This document shows, piece after piece, positions 34,370 to 44,003 of a stretch of DNA of 64,000 nt; position 1 is the first letter of the stretch; each line of letters starts with the position of its first letter. A program made the position numbers and the translations under genes. Under the pieces are notes generated by a model. That model did not search any database, was not told the origin of the DNA, and saw nothing but the letters and a program-made list of their open reading frames with translations. Source of the DNA: a virus. Where the stretch lies: the IMG/VR virus record IMGVR_UViG_3300032236_001129, positions 1 through 64,000 of that record; one strand, given 5' to 3'.

Positions 34370-35848
34370 TTACAGATTAAAGCCCTCATCTAATATTTTA
34401 CTCGATTGGGCCTCACTTAGTCCACCGTTGGGGAGCTCACGGAGGGTGTTAGCTTTATCACCAAATAGGGCTGACAGCACACCACCAGAGGTTTGACGCT
34501 CTGCCGTGATACGAATGAACTCTTTATTTTCTTCCAGTTCCTTCATTTGTCCAACCAACTTAAAGAGTCGGTCGATTTCTTGGCCGGTGTTAGGATCTGG
34601 GTATCCACCGTTCAATTCTTCAGCATATCGTGCAAAAGCGACTCTAGCGCCCTGCATTTCGATCATTGTGTTTAATAATCCCTTGAGTTGGTCTTTAGTT
34701 TTTACCTCGACTGGGAGGTTGAAGGCGCAACTATTAGCAGGTTTGAAAGCCGGACAGTTGGCTGCCACAAAGCAGGTATCGCATTGACGAAGCGAAGCTG
34801 AGGTGCTCTGAAGAACTGAAACGTCCTTGATAACATCTCTGCCATCTTCATCTTTCTCAACTACGGTCTTAGTTTTTACACCAAAAACTGGGAGAATTTT
34901 ACGGTCATCTGAGTCTCTTTCAGCTAAAACTTTCCTACCTTCTTGAGGTCTGTTATCAGGAAGTAACCCCCCTGTTTCCGCACTTCCGGGGTCATCCATA
35001 TACTCGCTGTTATCAGCTAACTTCTTACCGGATCTCTTATCCAAGGCATTCTCCAATTGCAAGTAGCTCCAAATAGCGAGGCGGGTTACCTCGTTACTAT
35101 CGTCATTAATAATCTTGTCGTAGTCCAAGCCAGCCTTCTCAATGATCGCTTTATAGCGAGGGCGTGCCTGGTCTTTCTGCTTCTTCTGGTAGCGTACCAA
35201 TCGGGTACCGTCCCAGACAATTGTCTCGCCTCGCATCATAGGGCTGAGCCAAGAAAGGCTACTAGCTGTGGTCAAGGCTACCTGCCGTAGGTTATCAGGT
35301 TTAGCACATGCCACACCATGAAACTGCAGGTCAGGAAACTCGTGTAGAAGGGCTCTAGAACGGGCTGCAAGGCTGGTGTCGTCCTCTAGGGTCTCTCCCA
35401 GTAGAGCAACGTTTAAGAAGCGCTCTGCGAGGCCGTAGAGGGCTGTATGGCCCTGTTCCTGGTGCCATACTACCCATAGCTTTTCATCACCGATATTATC
35501 GATCATCGTGTTTCGGTGATAATTAGACCAAGCAGGCCCTAAGGCCTTGACATCAAGTTCAGTAGCTCCTGTGATTCTATCGGCATTGATACCGACCCAT
35601 TCCTCATAGGACTCTGCGTACTCTTGAAGTTCTCGTTCAGTTAGGTTCAGATCATTGATCTGGTGGCCTCCGCCGTCAACGTAGACCTGAACATCATCCG
35701 GGAATCTTCCCTGGATCAGGTAGTCTTTGGTTTTAGGCAAGCCACGCTTGACTAAACGATAATAGTTAATACTGACGTGCTTAACGCCCATGTCAGTTAA
35801 AAGGATTCGGTGGGACGGTACTTCAGCCCCCATGAAGACTAGATTCAT
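34370..35848 (-). CDS. TGT/DpdA-like TIM-barrel protein fused to a Cys-cluster + helical domain
   Basis: VYVDGGG..ELD..VVWH..FHG..SSLSW order of motifs; CDTC-x5-C-x8-C. Confidence 0.55.
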   Translation of the reverse strand: MNLVFMGAEVPSHRILLTDMGVKHVSINYYRLVKRGLPKTKDYLIQGRFPDDVQVYVDGGGHQINDLNLTERELQEYAESYEEWVGINADRITGATELDVKALGPAWSNYHRNTMIDNIGDEKLWVVWHQEQGHTALYGLAERFLNVALLGETLEDDTSLAARSRALLHEFPDLQFHGVACAKPDNLRQVALTTASSLSWLSPMMRGETIVWDGTRLVRYQKKQKDQARPRYKAIIEKAGLDYDKIINDDSNEVTRLAIWSYLQLENALDKRSGKKLADNSEYMDDPGSAETGGLLPDNRPQEGRKVLAERDSDDRKILPVFGVKTKTVVEKDEDGRDVIKDVSVLQSTSASLRQCDTCFVAANCPAFKPANSCAFNLPVEVKTKDQLKGLLNTMIEMQGARVAFARYAEELNGGYPDPNTGQEIDRLFKLVGQMKELEENKEFIRITAERQTSGGVLSALFGDKANTLRELPNGGLSEAQSSKILDEGFNL

Positions 35849-36306
35849 TCGAACCGGTTGATTCTACTACCTAGATGGGCTTGAAGCAAAGCGTCACGTT
35901 GACGATCCACCTCGTTTTGAAGGTCTTCCCAAGGTTTAACAACTCTGTTAGTTCTAACAAAGCGTGGAGATGCAAACATCATAGCTGGAATACCCATGGC
36001 TAGAGCTGCGGCACAGAAGTCCGCATCAGCATCAATAAAAAGATCAACTTTACCTTTAGACTTTGCGATGTCTAGATGACGTAGGCGCAATTCCTGGCCT
36101 TCAAAGAACTTTGAATTATCATAGATCTCGCCATAGCCAACAATCATGTGGCTGCGGAGCCAATGTTCCGTCTTATCCGGATCCATGTCAGAACTTAGAA
36201 CGACACGATAAAACTCAGAAAGAATTCTAAATAGCTTGATTCCTTCCGGGATAGGATCTCCTACCTCGGTCATTAAGACGCCTTCTATGGCGATAATTGC
36301 TGACAT
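35845..36306 (-). CDS. HAD-fold protein (degenerate motif I)
   Basis: IIAIEGVL, PIPEGIKL, LFIDAD. Confidence 0.6.
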   Translation of the reverse strand: MSAIIAIEGVLMTEVGDPIPEGIKLFRILSEFYRVVLSSDMDPDKTEHWLRSHMIVGYGEIYDNSKFFEGQELRLRHLDIAKSKGKVDLFIDADADFCAAALAMGIPAMMFASPRFVRTNRVVKPWEDLQNEVDRQRDALLQAHLGSRINRFE

Positions 36307-36421
36307 TATTCCTCTTCATCGTTGTCCAAATGTTTCTGCTCACAAAGTCTTGCGAGAGAAGCTACCACGTACATCTTGTTACATAACTGGCACTGGTACC
36401 TGTCCATATGCCTATTGTACC

Positions 36422-36724
36422 TTACTTCTTGCCTTTATTCCTTTTTGAGATTGCCGCAGCTTTCTTTTTAGCGTCAGCTTTTGAGCTAGCGCCCCAAGCC
36501 TGTAACGATAGAAGCAGACGTGTTGGTTCGCCATTTGGCTTGTGCTCTGGGCCAGAAGCATTTCCCATACGTGCCAAAAATGAGGCACGGCGTGGGTTAT
36601 CTCCAGATTTAACTGGTGCCTTTAGATTGTGACCTTCTGCCTTAGCAGATGCACGACCCTTAGCGTTAAGTCCACCTTTAGGGTTCTTACCTTCTTTGCG
36701 TTGCCAAGCTGGTGTTGAAGCCAT
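36422..36724 (-). CDS. Small basic protein (DUF6321-like)
   Basis: PAWQRKEGKNPKGGLNAKGRAS...RRASFLARM. Confidence 0.7.
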   Translation of the reverse strand: MASTPAWQRKEGKNPKGGLNAKGRASAKAEGHNLKAPVKSGDNPRRASFLARMGNASGPEHKPNGEPTRLLLSLQAWGASSKADAKKKAAAISKRNKGKK

Positions 36725-36891
36725 TACTTTTTCTTCTTTCGTGCGGCTGCAATATTATCTACAGCATTTGGATATGGGCGACCTGCAGCTTTAGCTCTAG
36801 CCTTAGCAGAGGCTTTTTGACTCTTACTTAATTTTGAATGCTTACCGCCGTCAGGATCTTTTTTATCCCAAACTGGTTTTTCTTTAGCCAC
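36724..36891 (-). CDS. Small basic protein (55 aa, not in ORF track)
   Basis: MAKEKPVWDKKDP...AKARAKAAGRPYPNAVDN. Confidence 0.65.
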   Translation of the reverse strand: MAKEKPVWDKKDPDGGKHSKLSKSQKASAKARAKAAGRPYPNAVDNIAAARKKKK

Positions 36892-37798
36892 GAAGTGATC
36901 TCCTTATCAGAGTAGATGTTGAAGGCAGTTCAATTCCATAAAGCTCTTGTTGGGTCTTCTTCTCTTTAGATTCTCTTTGATCTTTGATAGCTCTCAATGC
37001 TTGGATAGCACCAGATTGCTTGCCGGCTTGCCAACGATAGTTGTGGAAGTCAGAGTATCCGGATCCAACCTGGCTAAATGCAATCTTACGACCATGGTGA
37101 ACATCGTCATAGAATGCAATAGCTTGATCCTGAGCTAGCTTCAGCTTTGTTTCTGCGTTGATACGATAAGCATCGTTAGGTGCGTTTCTAAGATCATTGA
37201 TAGCTCTGTTGTGACGTTCCAAGATTTCTACAGCCATGTCATGATCACGCTGTGCTTTTTGTTCCCAGTCACGGCTGTAAGGTGGTTGAGGATTATGTTC
37301 TGGTCGAACAGTCCAGCCATCTGCAATTAGATCATAAGCTGCGTACGGATTGATCTCACGAATATCTGTAGCAGGATTTACATAGTATGTAAGTTCGTAG
37401 CCTTCCCAGTTACGGGTGTTAGGCATAATCTCAGAGTTAAAACTCTCATTGAACATAGCTGCAATCTCATTGTTAGAGAAGCCGGTATATTCTGGGTTAG
37501 CTTGGCGGAATTTGGTGTACTCAATACCAACTAGGCAATCTAGATCGCCAGGTTGACGGGCTGCCTGCCATTGGTATGAGACACCAGATCCCGCAAGCCA
37601 AGCCTTAGTCCATTTGTATGGATCATTGAAGTTACGACTTAGATAGTCAAATAGAATCTCTAAGATTCCATCTCGCATAGATATGCGAAGTGAATCACCT
37701 TGGAATAAACGTGGGTCTAACTCAGCTGCGGGTGCGCTGAAATAAGAAGTAGCCCCGGGTGTGATACCCGGAGCTTCCATATAGTCGTAAATTCCCAT
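36884..37798 (-). CDS. Pol-beta-superfamily nucleotidyltransferase
   Basis: WLAGSGVSY...GDLDCLV...YELTYYV. Confidence 0.75.
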   Translation of the reverse strand: MGIYDYMEAPGITPGATSYFSAPAAELDPRLFQGDSLRISMRDGILEILFDYLSRNFNDPYKWTKAWLAGSGVSYQWQAARQPGDLDCLVGIEYTKFRQANPEYTGFSNNEIAAMFNESFNSEIMPNTRNWEGYELTYYVNPATDIREINPYAAYDLIADGWTVRPEHNPQPPYSRDWEQKAQRDHDMAVEILERHNRAINDLRNAPNDAYRINAETKLKLAQDQAIAFYDDVHHGRKIAFSQVGSGYSDFHNYRWQAGKQSGAIQALRAIKDQRESKEKKTQQELYGIELPSTSTLIRRSLRG

Positions 37799-37850
37799 AT
37801 GCGTATTCTTCCATCCTGTACGTCGTTACGTCTCGGCTTGAAGACTACAA

Positions 37851-38135
37851 TTATTTAGCTTCTTTAGCTGCCTTTGCCTCTTCTGCAATAGCTGCAATGC
37901 GAATAGCTGAATATTCAGCTGCTGCTTGAGCCTGAAGATCCATAAGTATTTCAGAGGTGTAGCGGCGAACTTCGATAAGAGTTGCTTCACGCTCTACAGG
38001 TACTGTAAAGATTGAAGGGTTCTTCTCAATGAATACATTTCCGCCCTCATCAATGAGTACTGCAAATCCTGCAGTAAGTTTAGGAGCGTTTGTAGCAGGA
38101 GTTTCTGCTGCTGGTGTTGTTACTTCTTCTGACAT
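37851..38135 (-). CDS. Hypothetical protein
   Basis: 94 aa ORF in operon. Confidence 0.65.
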   Translation of the reverse strand: MSEEVTTPAAETPATNAPKLTAGFAVLIDEGGNVFIEKNPSIFTVPVEREATLIEVRRYTSEILMDLQAQAAAEYSAIRIAAIAEEAKAAKEAK

Positions 38136-38143
38136 GTCATTTC

Positions 38144-38722
38144 CTATTCGTATAGTCCGAGTTTTTTACGGTTCTGTTCTACTACGTACGTTTTAGCTGG
38201 GCAGAAATCGCAAAGGTAAACCTTTGTGCTAGCCGACTTCGCTGCGCTATCTAGACCGAGATCCTTACGGATATCGTCAGTTCCTTTAGGGATTAGTCGC
38301 TTCTTTTCTGACTTCCAATCCATACAGCCTTCTGTAGGACGCAGATGAAGGTTAAAGCACTTCATAGCGTCATCACCAAAGGTTGCTTTAGTTGTGTAAT
38401 AGTCTGGGTCAATGTCTGCTAGACCGCCACCGACTCTATTTCTGAGATTCTCAATGATCTGCTTCTTTACCTCAGGACGTGAATAAAGCTTAACTCCCAC
38501 TTTAGATAGGAAGCCTGAGTGTGGAATGCCGGCAGATTGGTGATTATCAATTAGAACCTGCAGCAATACGTCATCATCTGGATGACCTTCGTAATCTGGC
38601 AGCTCTTCAATTGTCTTGCAGTTATAGCAATAGAGTAGACGGATCTTAGGACCGTCGTCTTTAATCTCTGTATATGTGCCCTCGTCGGCATTGCCGCCTT
38701 GGCCTAAAATTGGAATGCTCAT
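38144..38722 (-). CDS. Hypothetical Cys-containing protein
   Basis: CYNC ... C..H..C ... CDFCP. Confidence 0.7.
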   Translation of the reverse strand: MSIPILGQGGNADEGTYTEIKDDGPKIRLLYCYNCKTIEELPDYEGHPDDDVLLQVLIDNHQSAGIPHSGFLSKVGVKLYSRPEVKKQIIENLRNRVGGGLADIDPDYYTTKATFGDDAMKCFNLHLRPTEGCMDWKSEKKRLIPKGTDDIRKDLGLDSAAKSASTKVYLCDFCPAKTYVVEQNRKKLGLYE

Positions 38723-38767
38723 TGTTTACCCCACTTATCCCTCTATACAATATCGTACCACAGATTG

Positions 38768-40093
38768 CTAGAGTCCCCGACCACCATTAAACTCATTGTT
38801 ACGGGATAGGTAGCTCTGCCAATCTTCATCTTCGTTCTCTACGTTACGCTCGTGAGTTTCCATGCCTGCTCCGCTAACTTCTTCCATATATCGGGAGAAA
38901 GCGCCGGCACGGCGGGAGATTGGTAGGGGTTGTTGCTTTTTACGAACCTCTTCGTTGCTTACCTTAGGGGTAGCCTTTGTTTGAAGCGATGAAAGAACAT
39001 AGTTTGGAGTTACTACGCCTTCTCCATGCTGCTCAATAATAGAATGTAAAGATTCACGGTCTAGCTTTTTACCGGATTTATGATGAGCAAGAACAGCCTT
39101 CATGACATTGTCAATAGGCGCATTACCTTTTCCAATAGGCGTATCTGTTCGCTCAGAATGTGGCTTAACATAGTTGCCTCGAGCAATACCTTTTCTACGT
39201 CCTTCAGCAGACTCACCAAGAGTGAGCATACTTCTTACAGGAACGCCGGATTTACCGACAAAGTAGTTTTCTTTATCAGCTTTGCGCTTCTCTTCTTGTT
39301 CTTCACCAATTTTTGCTAGCTGCTCAGGAGTTTTACCGCTGCTAAGCGTCTGCTTATCCTCTTTAGATAATTCTTCCCAGTTACGTCCAGCCATGCCTTT
39401 ACGAGCACGCTCTAGAGCCGTATTAAGAGCTGTTTCTTTATACTCAGGTGTACGAGTCTGTGCAGGCAATGGTTTTGTTGTTCCAGGTGTGCGACCAGCA
39501 CCTGCATATGGAGTCATTTGTCCAAACCAGGAGCGCTCATCTTCTGGGCTAACGCCATGATGAAAGATCATACCGGCAGACATGACTGCTTTAACATCAT
39601 TGCTCATGCCAGCTTGCTCATGAACAATACGATTTTCAACGTCAGGTGTAATAGGTTCTGGAGACTTTACGTAGATATCTGGGTTATCTTTACGCCAGTT
39701 AGCCAAGTGCTCTTGTTCTTCAGATAAATGTTTAGGGCATAGGGGAAAACCTACTCCACCAATTGTGCTTGAAGAAGGGGTGTGAAAAATATGGGTAGCT
39801 TGAGGATGACTTTGATCGTGATCTTCACTCTTAAAGTGACAAGCAACACCTTGGCCAACTCTACGACGAGAAGTAACCGCAGTTCTTTTTACAGTTCCTG
39901 GTGTACCTGAAGCAGGGTTTGGTTGGAATACTTCCATGCTCTTTTGCTTAGGGCGATGCTTAGGTTCTTTAGGGCCTTCAGTAATTTGAAGACTATTACC
40001 TTCGTCATTGCTCTCATCTTCAGGGTCGTAAACAGAACGAATGTTCTTACCTGCATACGTTCTAGCAAACCCTAAGATATCTTCAACGGACAT
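38768..40093 (-). CDS. Low-complexity hypothetical protein
   Basis: 441 aa, largely disorder-prone; small C..H..C..H core. Confidence 0.65.
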   Translation of the reverse strand: MSVEDILGFARTYAGKNIRSVYDPEDESNDEGNSLQITEGPKEPKHRPKQKSMEVFQPNPASGTPGTVKRTAVTSRRRVGQGVACHFKSEDHDQSHPQATHIFHTPSSSTIGGVGFPLCPKHLSEEQEHLANWRKDNPDIYVKSPEPITPDVENRIVHEQAGMSNDVKAVMSAGMIFHHGVSPEDERSWFGQMTPYAGAGRTPGTTKPLPAQTRTPEYKETALNTALERARKGMAGRNWEELSKEDKQTLSSGKTPEQLAKIGEEQEEKRKADKENYFVGKSGVPVRSMLTLGESAEGRRKGIARGNYVKPHSERTDTPIGKGNAPIDNVMKAVLAHHKSGKKLDRESLHSIIEQHGEGVVTPNYVLSSLQTKATPKVSNEEVRKKQQPLPISRRAGAFSRYMEEVSGAGMETHERNVENEDEDWQSYLSRNNEFNGGRGL

Positions 40094-40095
40094 TG

Positions 40096-40353
40096 TTATT
40101 TCCAGTCGTTGGCGTTGTACTCATGACTTACATCATTGCGTAAATTTTTGATTGCTTCTGGGCGTACATTTCCCTTAGCATCACGAGCACCCATTGGTAG
40201 GTTAATCTTATCATCATCTGGAGAACCTTCTTTTCCACCGGTAGCTACCCAGTGAGCGTGAAGGCGTGCAATTTCTTCATCGGGATTCCAAGGCTTACGT
40301 GGTGTAGGGCGAACCTGCTTGCGTAACTTAGAACGATCTGGTACGTTGCTCAT
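40096..40353 (-). CDS. Hypothetical protein
   Basis: Coupled ORF. Confidence 0.55.
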   Translation of the reverse strand: MSNVPDRSKLRKQVRPTPRKPWNPDEEIARLHAHWVATGGKEGSPDDDKINLPMGARDAKGNVRPEAIKNLRNDVSHEYNANDWK

Positions 40354-40652
40354 TAGTATCCTTCCGGCCTTCTTGATTCTCTTGCTCGTTTAATAGCCCT
40401 ACCTTCACTAATAGAGTGAAGTTTTCCTTCTTGTTGGCCATTTTTAAAATAGTTAGTTCTTCCTAACTCCATATTCAAAGAGTCTTTGACGTCCCCAGAG
40501 TTTTCTATAGCACTATTAATATGAGTATCTAAAGCGCCTACTTTTACTTTAGGAAAATCAATTACTTTGGCATCTGGAAGACTTTGAAAGTATTTTTTAA
40601 GGCCATGACGCCTACGAGTTTCTCTGACTATAGTTTTAATATCTTTAGCCAT
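40353..40652 (-). CDS. Basic hypothetical protein
   Basis: Coupled ORF. Confidence 0.55.
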   Translation of the reverse strand: MAKDIKTIVRETRRRHGLKKYFQSLPDAKVIDFPKVKVGALDTHINSAIENSGDVKDSLNMELGRTNYFKNGQQEGKLHSISEGRAIKRARESRRPEGY

Positions 40653-40653
40653 A

Positions 40654-40947
40654 TTAGTTACTCTTAGGTTTTTTTGAGATTACTGATGCAATGTTAGCTT
40701 CGGTAATGCCATGCATTAAATGTCCTGAACGAGTAGATGGGGCGTCTACTTGACTTGGAGCCATACCAAGGGCAGTAAAAAACTTACCCTCTCCTGAACC
40801 AAATTTAGCTCTAGGCTTCTTAGGTTCTGTATTTTCAGGAATACCTAAAACATTTAAAACTTTATTTCCTACTTTTTTAAGGTCGGCAGCAGCGGGAGAG
40901 CTCTTGAGCTTCTCAATACGTCCCTTACGCTGCGATGCCTTGGCCAT
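40654..40947 (-). CDS. Basic hypothetical protein
   Basis: Coupled ORF. Confidence 0.55.
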   Translation of the reverse strand: MAKASQRKGRIEKLKSSPAAADLKKVGNKVLNVLGIPENTEPKKPRAKFGSGEGKFFTALGMAPSQVDAPSTRSGHLMHGITEANIASVISKKPKSN

Positions 40948-40950
40948 TTT

Positions 40951-41229
40951 TTAGTAAGTACCCAACATCTGATCGTTAGAGATGTGCGCTACAGGCATTG
41001 GAGCACGAGGAGCTGAGTTTGCATCGTCAGATCCTGGAACAACCTTGTTAGGTGTCTCTTGATCAATAAAGTCATAGTTCCAGTATGGATGTAGTCCACG
41101 GCGGTTAGCCAAGACGATATCTTCACCGGTTCCTGGTGCAGTTGTTGTATTAGGACGTACCTTGCGGTACTTTCCATCTGTTGCGCCTTCTTTGATGCTC
41201 TCGTTGAGAGATTTATTTTCGATACGCAT
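40951..41229 (-). CDS. Hypothetical protein
   Basis: EGATDGKYRKVRP motif. Confidence 0.6.
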   Translation of the reverse strand: MRIENKSLNESIKEGATDGKYRKVRPNTTTAPGTGEDIVLANRRGLHPYWNYDFIDQETPNKVVPGSDDANSAPRAPMPVAHISNDQMLGTY

Positions 41230-41231
41230 TG

Positions 41232-41687
41232 TTACTTCTTTCTTGTTACTGTGTATGGTGATTGATAGTTCGCAGGCTTTTGCTTACTAATATCGTGATC
41301 AATTGTAGAACGTCCTGGTAAACCTGGCTTTGGCCCTACTGGCTTTGGCTTAGGTGAGATTCCACCGTGAGGGGGCTCACTATTTGGCCCCTTTGGATAT
41401 TCATTTGGCTTTGTCTTTGGACTACGCTCCTCAGGTTGTGGCTTAGTAGTCTTAGGCTTAATCTCTGGGTTATGAGGATTGTGCGGAGGATTGTGATTTG
41501 GCTTATCCTTAGGGCCTTTACGATCAACATGATTATGTGGGCTACCTGAATCAGGATTCTTAGGCTCAACCTTATCTTTAGTACGTTCAATAATTGTTAC
41601 GTGGGATTGTTCTGGTGACCACTTATCGCCACGAAATGCTTCGCCAACACGCTTAGTGTTATGCTCTCTACGCTTTTTACTAAACAT
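41232..41687 (-). CDS. Pro/Lys/His-rich disordered protein
   Basis: 151 aa; PHNP repeats. Confidence 0.55.
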   Translation of the reverse strand: MFSKKRREHNTKRVGEAFRGDKWSPEQSHVTIIERTKDKVEPKNPDSGSPHNHVDRKGPKDKPNHNPPHNPHNPEIKPKTTKPQPEERSPKTKPNEYPKGPNSEPPHGGISPKPKPVGPKPGLPGRSTIDHDISKQKPANYQSPYTVTRKK

Positions 41688-41848
41688 TATTTCTTCGCTT
41701 TCTTTGCTGATTTCTTTTCTGCTGGCTTAGCCGATGCCTTAGCTTTAGCCTCAATTTGAGCCTTACGTTCAGGAGTCATGACCTTAAGTTTTTCAACCTT
41801 ATAGTCCATGTCCTTGCCATGAGGATCTTTGATACGCTTCTTTGCCAT
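41687..41848 (-). CDS. Lys/Ala-rich microprotein (53 aa, not in ORF track)
   Basis: MAKKRIKDPHGK...AKPAEKKSAKKAKK. Confidence 0.55.
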   Translation of the reverse strand: MAKKRIKDPHGKDMDYKVEKLKVMTPERKAQIEAKAKASAKPAEKKSAKKAKK

Positions 41849-41863
41849 GGTGTCATTATTCCT

Positions 41864-42067
41864 TTATTTTGGTTTTGTGTCAGGACTATGATGCTTCTTA
41901 ACCCGTGGACGGGTAACTTTTTTACCCCTGGCGTGGCTAGTCTTCTGACGTCGTTTAGTAGATGCCGATTTGCTTCCTGGATTTAAGCTGGAGGCCTGTC
42001 CCGAGACCCAAGGGCCTGCGGCTTTCTTATCCCAGCTATCAACTGAGGTAAATTGCTTACTCTTCAC
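41864..42067 (-). CDS. Basic hypothetical protein
   Basis: 67 aa K/R-rich. Confidence 0.5.
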   Translation of the reverse strand: MKSKQFTSVDSWDKKAAGPWVSGQASSLNPGSKSASTKRRQKTSHARGKKVTRPRVKKHHSPDTKPK

Positions 42068-42233
42068 GGGAGGCCATCAAACTCTTAGAATGCCTCTCAT
42101 ACTTTGCATTTCTGCAATAAGGGCATAGTCCGTCATCGCTGTAGATTGCTTCCAGGGGAGTCATTGGATACCCACACTTCTTACATGGAAGAGTTCCATC
42201 ATAGATAGTTAGTGTTGAGACGTCCTCACCCAT
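42057..42233 (-). CDS. Zn-ribbon protein
   Basis: Likely start MGEDV; CKKCG..CPYC. Confidence 0.55.
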   Translation of the reverse strand: MGEDVSTLTIYDGTLPCKKCGYPMTPLEAIYSDDGLCPYCRNAKYERHSKSLMASREE

Positions 42234-42549
42234 TTGTCTGGTTTCCGCACTCACACTTGCCAGAAACAACACCTGGAAGAGTCCAGCAGTTACGGCATAC
42301 GCCATTAGCTACTAGACTTTCTCCCTTAATGCGTGTAGTTCCACCTGGAGTCTTAACATAGTCAAGCTGCTTACCGGTTGCCCAACGACCGACAGTTCTT
42401 GGATCTACGCTGAAGATATCTGCAACCTGTGAGGGCGTGAATAACTTATCTTTGTTAGGGGTAACAGGAAGGCTAGACTTATTAGATCCGCTGCCCTTTT
42501 TACCTGGGGCTGGAGTCACTGGAGCTGCAGCTTTTTTTCTAGGTGCCAT
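42226..42549 (-). CDS. BldC-like MerR-family HTH protein with C-terminal Cys cluster
   Basis: LFTPSQVADIFSVDPRTVGRWA..GKQL..VKTPGG..R closely parallels Streptomyces BldC. Confidence 0.8.
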   Translation of the reverse strand: MAPRKKAAAPVTPAPGKKGSGSNKSSLPVTPNKDKLFTPSQVADIFSVDPRTVGRWATGKQLDYVKTPGGTTRIKGESLVANGVCRNCWTLPGVVSGKCECGNQTNG

Positions 42550-42909
42550 TTACCACACACTTTCTGAGACGTTTCGAGCTGTACCGGAGTATGAACCGTT
42601 TTCACGTGTAAAGTCTACACGAGTTGGGTAGAACTCCTCGTTTACATCCATCACGTCCATGATACCTAGCGCACGGGTGCGGTATCCAAAACGTGGTGGA
42701 AACAATTGTACCTGAGGAAGAGGGGGACGTACTAAATCTTGTAGTAGAGCTGCCGGCATTGTGGCGGATTTAAGGGCACGAGCCATAAACGCTTCTTGAG
42801 CATTTGCAAATGGGCCCATGTAGTCATAGCGAAGAAGACTTGGTTCTGGATCTTCATTGACAATTGGACGACCTTTACTATGGTCATAGACTCCGTCTTG
42901 ATTTTCCAT
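42550..42909 (-). CDS. Hypothetical protein
   Basis: Conserved-looking DGVYDHSK; ORF in operon. Confidence 0.6.
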   Translation of the reverse strand: MENQDGVYDHSKGRPIVNEDPEPSLLRYDYMGPFANAQEAFMARALKSATMPAALLQDLVRPPLPQVQLFPPRFGYRTRALGIMDVMDVNEEFYPTRVDFTRENGSYSGTARNVSESVW

Positions 42910-43133
42910 TAGCGCCACTTTTTCTTGTCAAATTTGTTTTCTAGTCTTCCTAATTTAAAGCTAGCTATGCGGCCGATCTTATTGCGCATCTCATCGACGA
43001 CAGCATCATTGCAATGGTCGCAAGTAGCTCCGTGACCTAGATTATTATGGCGAATACCGGTTCTATTTTTTTCAGAAATATGCTGTGCTTCGTAGGTACC
43101 GTCGTCGTTGCTATAGTCATAGAATGCAGGCAT
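42909..43133 (-). CDS. Hypothetical protein
   Basis: H..H..CxxC. Confidence 0.5.
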   Translation of the reverse strand: MPAFYDYSNDDGTYEAQHISEKNRTGIRHNNLGHGATCDHCNDAVVDEMRNKIGRIASFKLGRLENKFDKKKWR

Positions 43134-43678
43134 TATTGCCACCTTGGTTTCATGTGTTGGAAGTTTTGTCCAGTACGTGGATTAAACTCGGCTGGGACAT
43201 TTGAAGAAATATTTGCTTTACCGTCATTCACTAAATGAGGTGCTGGAGCTAGGGCTGTTTTAGGAGCATTACGTGTTCCCAAAAAGACCACTGCCCCTTC
43301 GACGTTAGTCAAGTGGTAGTTTTTTTCTTTGAGCCTTCTGTCAGGCTTAAGATTTTCTGGCCAGAGGTATTGAGCTGGATCAATACGTTCGCCACGGTGA
43401 ACACCACGCTGATAGGCACGTTGGTTCTGACGATTCTTAAGTGAATCTAATACTGTGTCGCCTACTGAGAATGGCTTGCCCTTATCATCACGACGAGTAC
43501 GGATTGTTCCTAGGTAACCGTCTGGATACTCTGCTTGAGGCGCACGTCCCACACCAATACGAAGGAAGTCCATAGCACTACGAGGTACTACAGGCGTGCC
43601 TCCACCACCGGTGGTTGTATAAGCACCGATGTAACCGCTGGCTCCAAGATACTGCCAGTTATTGTGTGAGTTAGGCAT
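43133..43678 (-). CDS. Hypothetical protein
   Basis: 181 aa; AEYPDGYLGTI..RRDD..YQRGVH.GERID. Confidence 0.7.
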   Translation of the reverse strand: MPNSHNNWQYLGASGYIGAYTTTGGGGTPVVPRSAMDFLRIGVGRAPQAEYPDGYLGTIRTRRDDKGKPFSVGDTVLDSLKNRQNQRAYQRGVHRGERIDPAQYLWPENLKPDRRLKEKNYHLTNVEGAVVFLGTRNAPKTALAPAPHLVNDGKANISSNVPAEFNPRTGQNFQHMKPRWQ

Positions 43679-43738
43679 GCTGTCAGTATATACGAAAAAG
43701 GGGACAGATGGTTAGTCTGTCCCCAAATTCTTTAATCT

Positions 43739-43933
43739 TTACTTAGATGCACCGATACCGAATGCTGCGTCCTTTGGATTGAGCGCACGGAATAGCGGAC
43801 CTGCGACTGCACCAATAGCTGCCATACCGATTGACTTGGCGTCAGAGTGGCCAGCTAAGTACATACCTAGGCCTGCCGATACCGCTGTGCGGGCATATGA
43901 CGCTACGATTGCTTGAAGTGCTTTTGAGTTCAT
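43739..43933 (-). CDS. Small two-TM membrane protein (holin-like)
   Basis: AAGGAG RBS; SYARTAV..LNPKD pattern. Confidence 0.6.
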   Translation of the reverse strand: MNSKALQAIVASYARTAVSAGLGMYLAGHSDAKSIGMAAIGAVAGPLFRALNPKDAAFGIGASK

Positions 43934-44003
43934 GTTTCTCCTTGTTAGGTAAATCCCCTTTAGGGGGCCTAATAAATATTCTACCAAATATTTGGAAGAA
44001 GCG

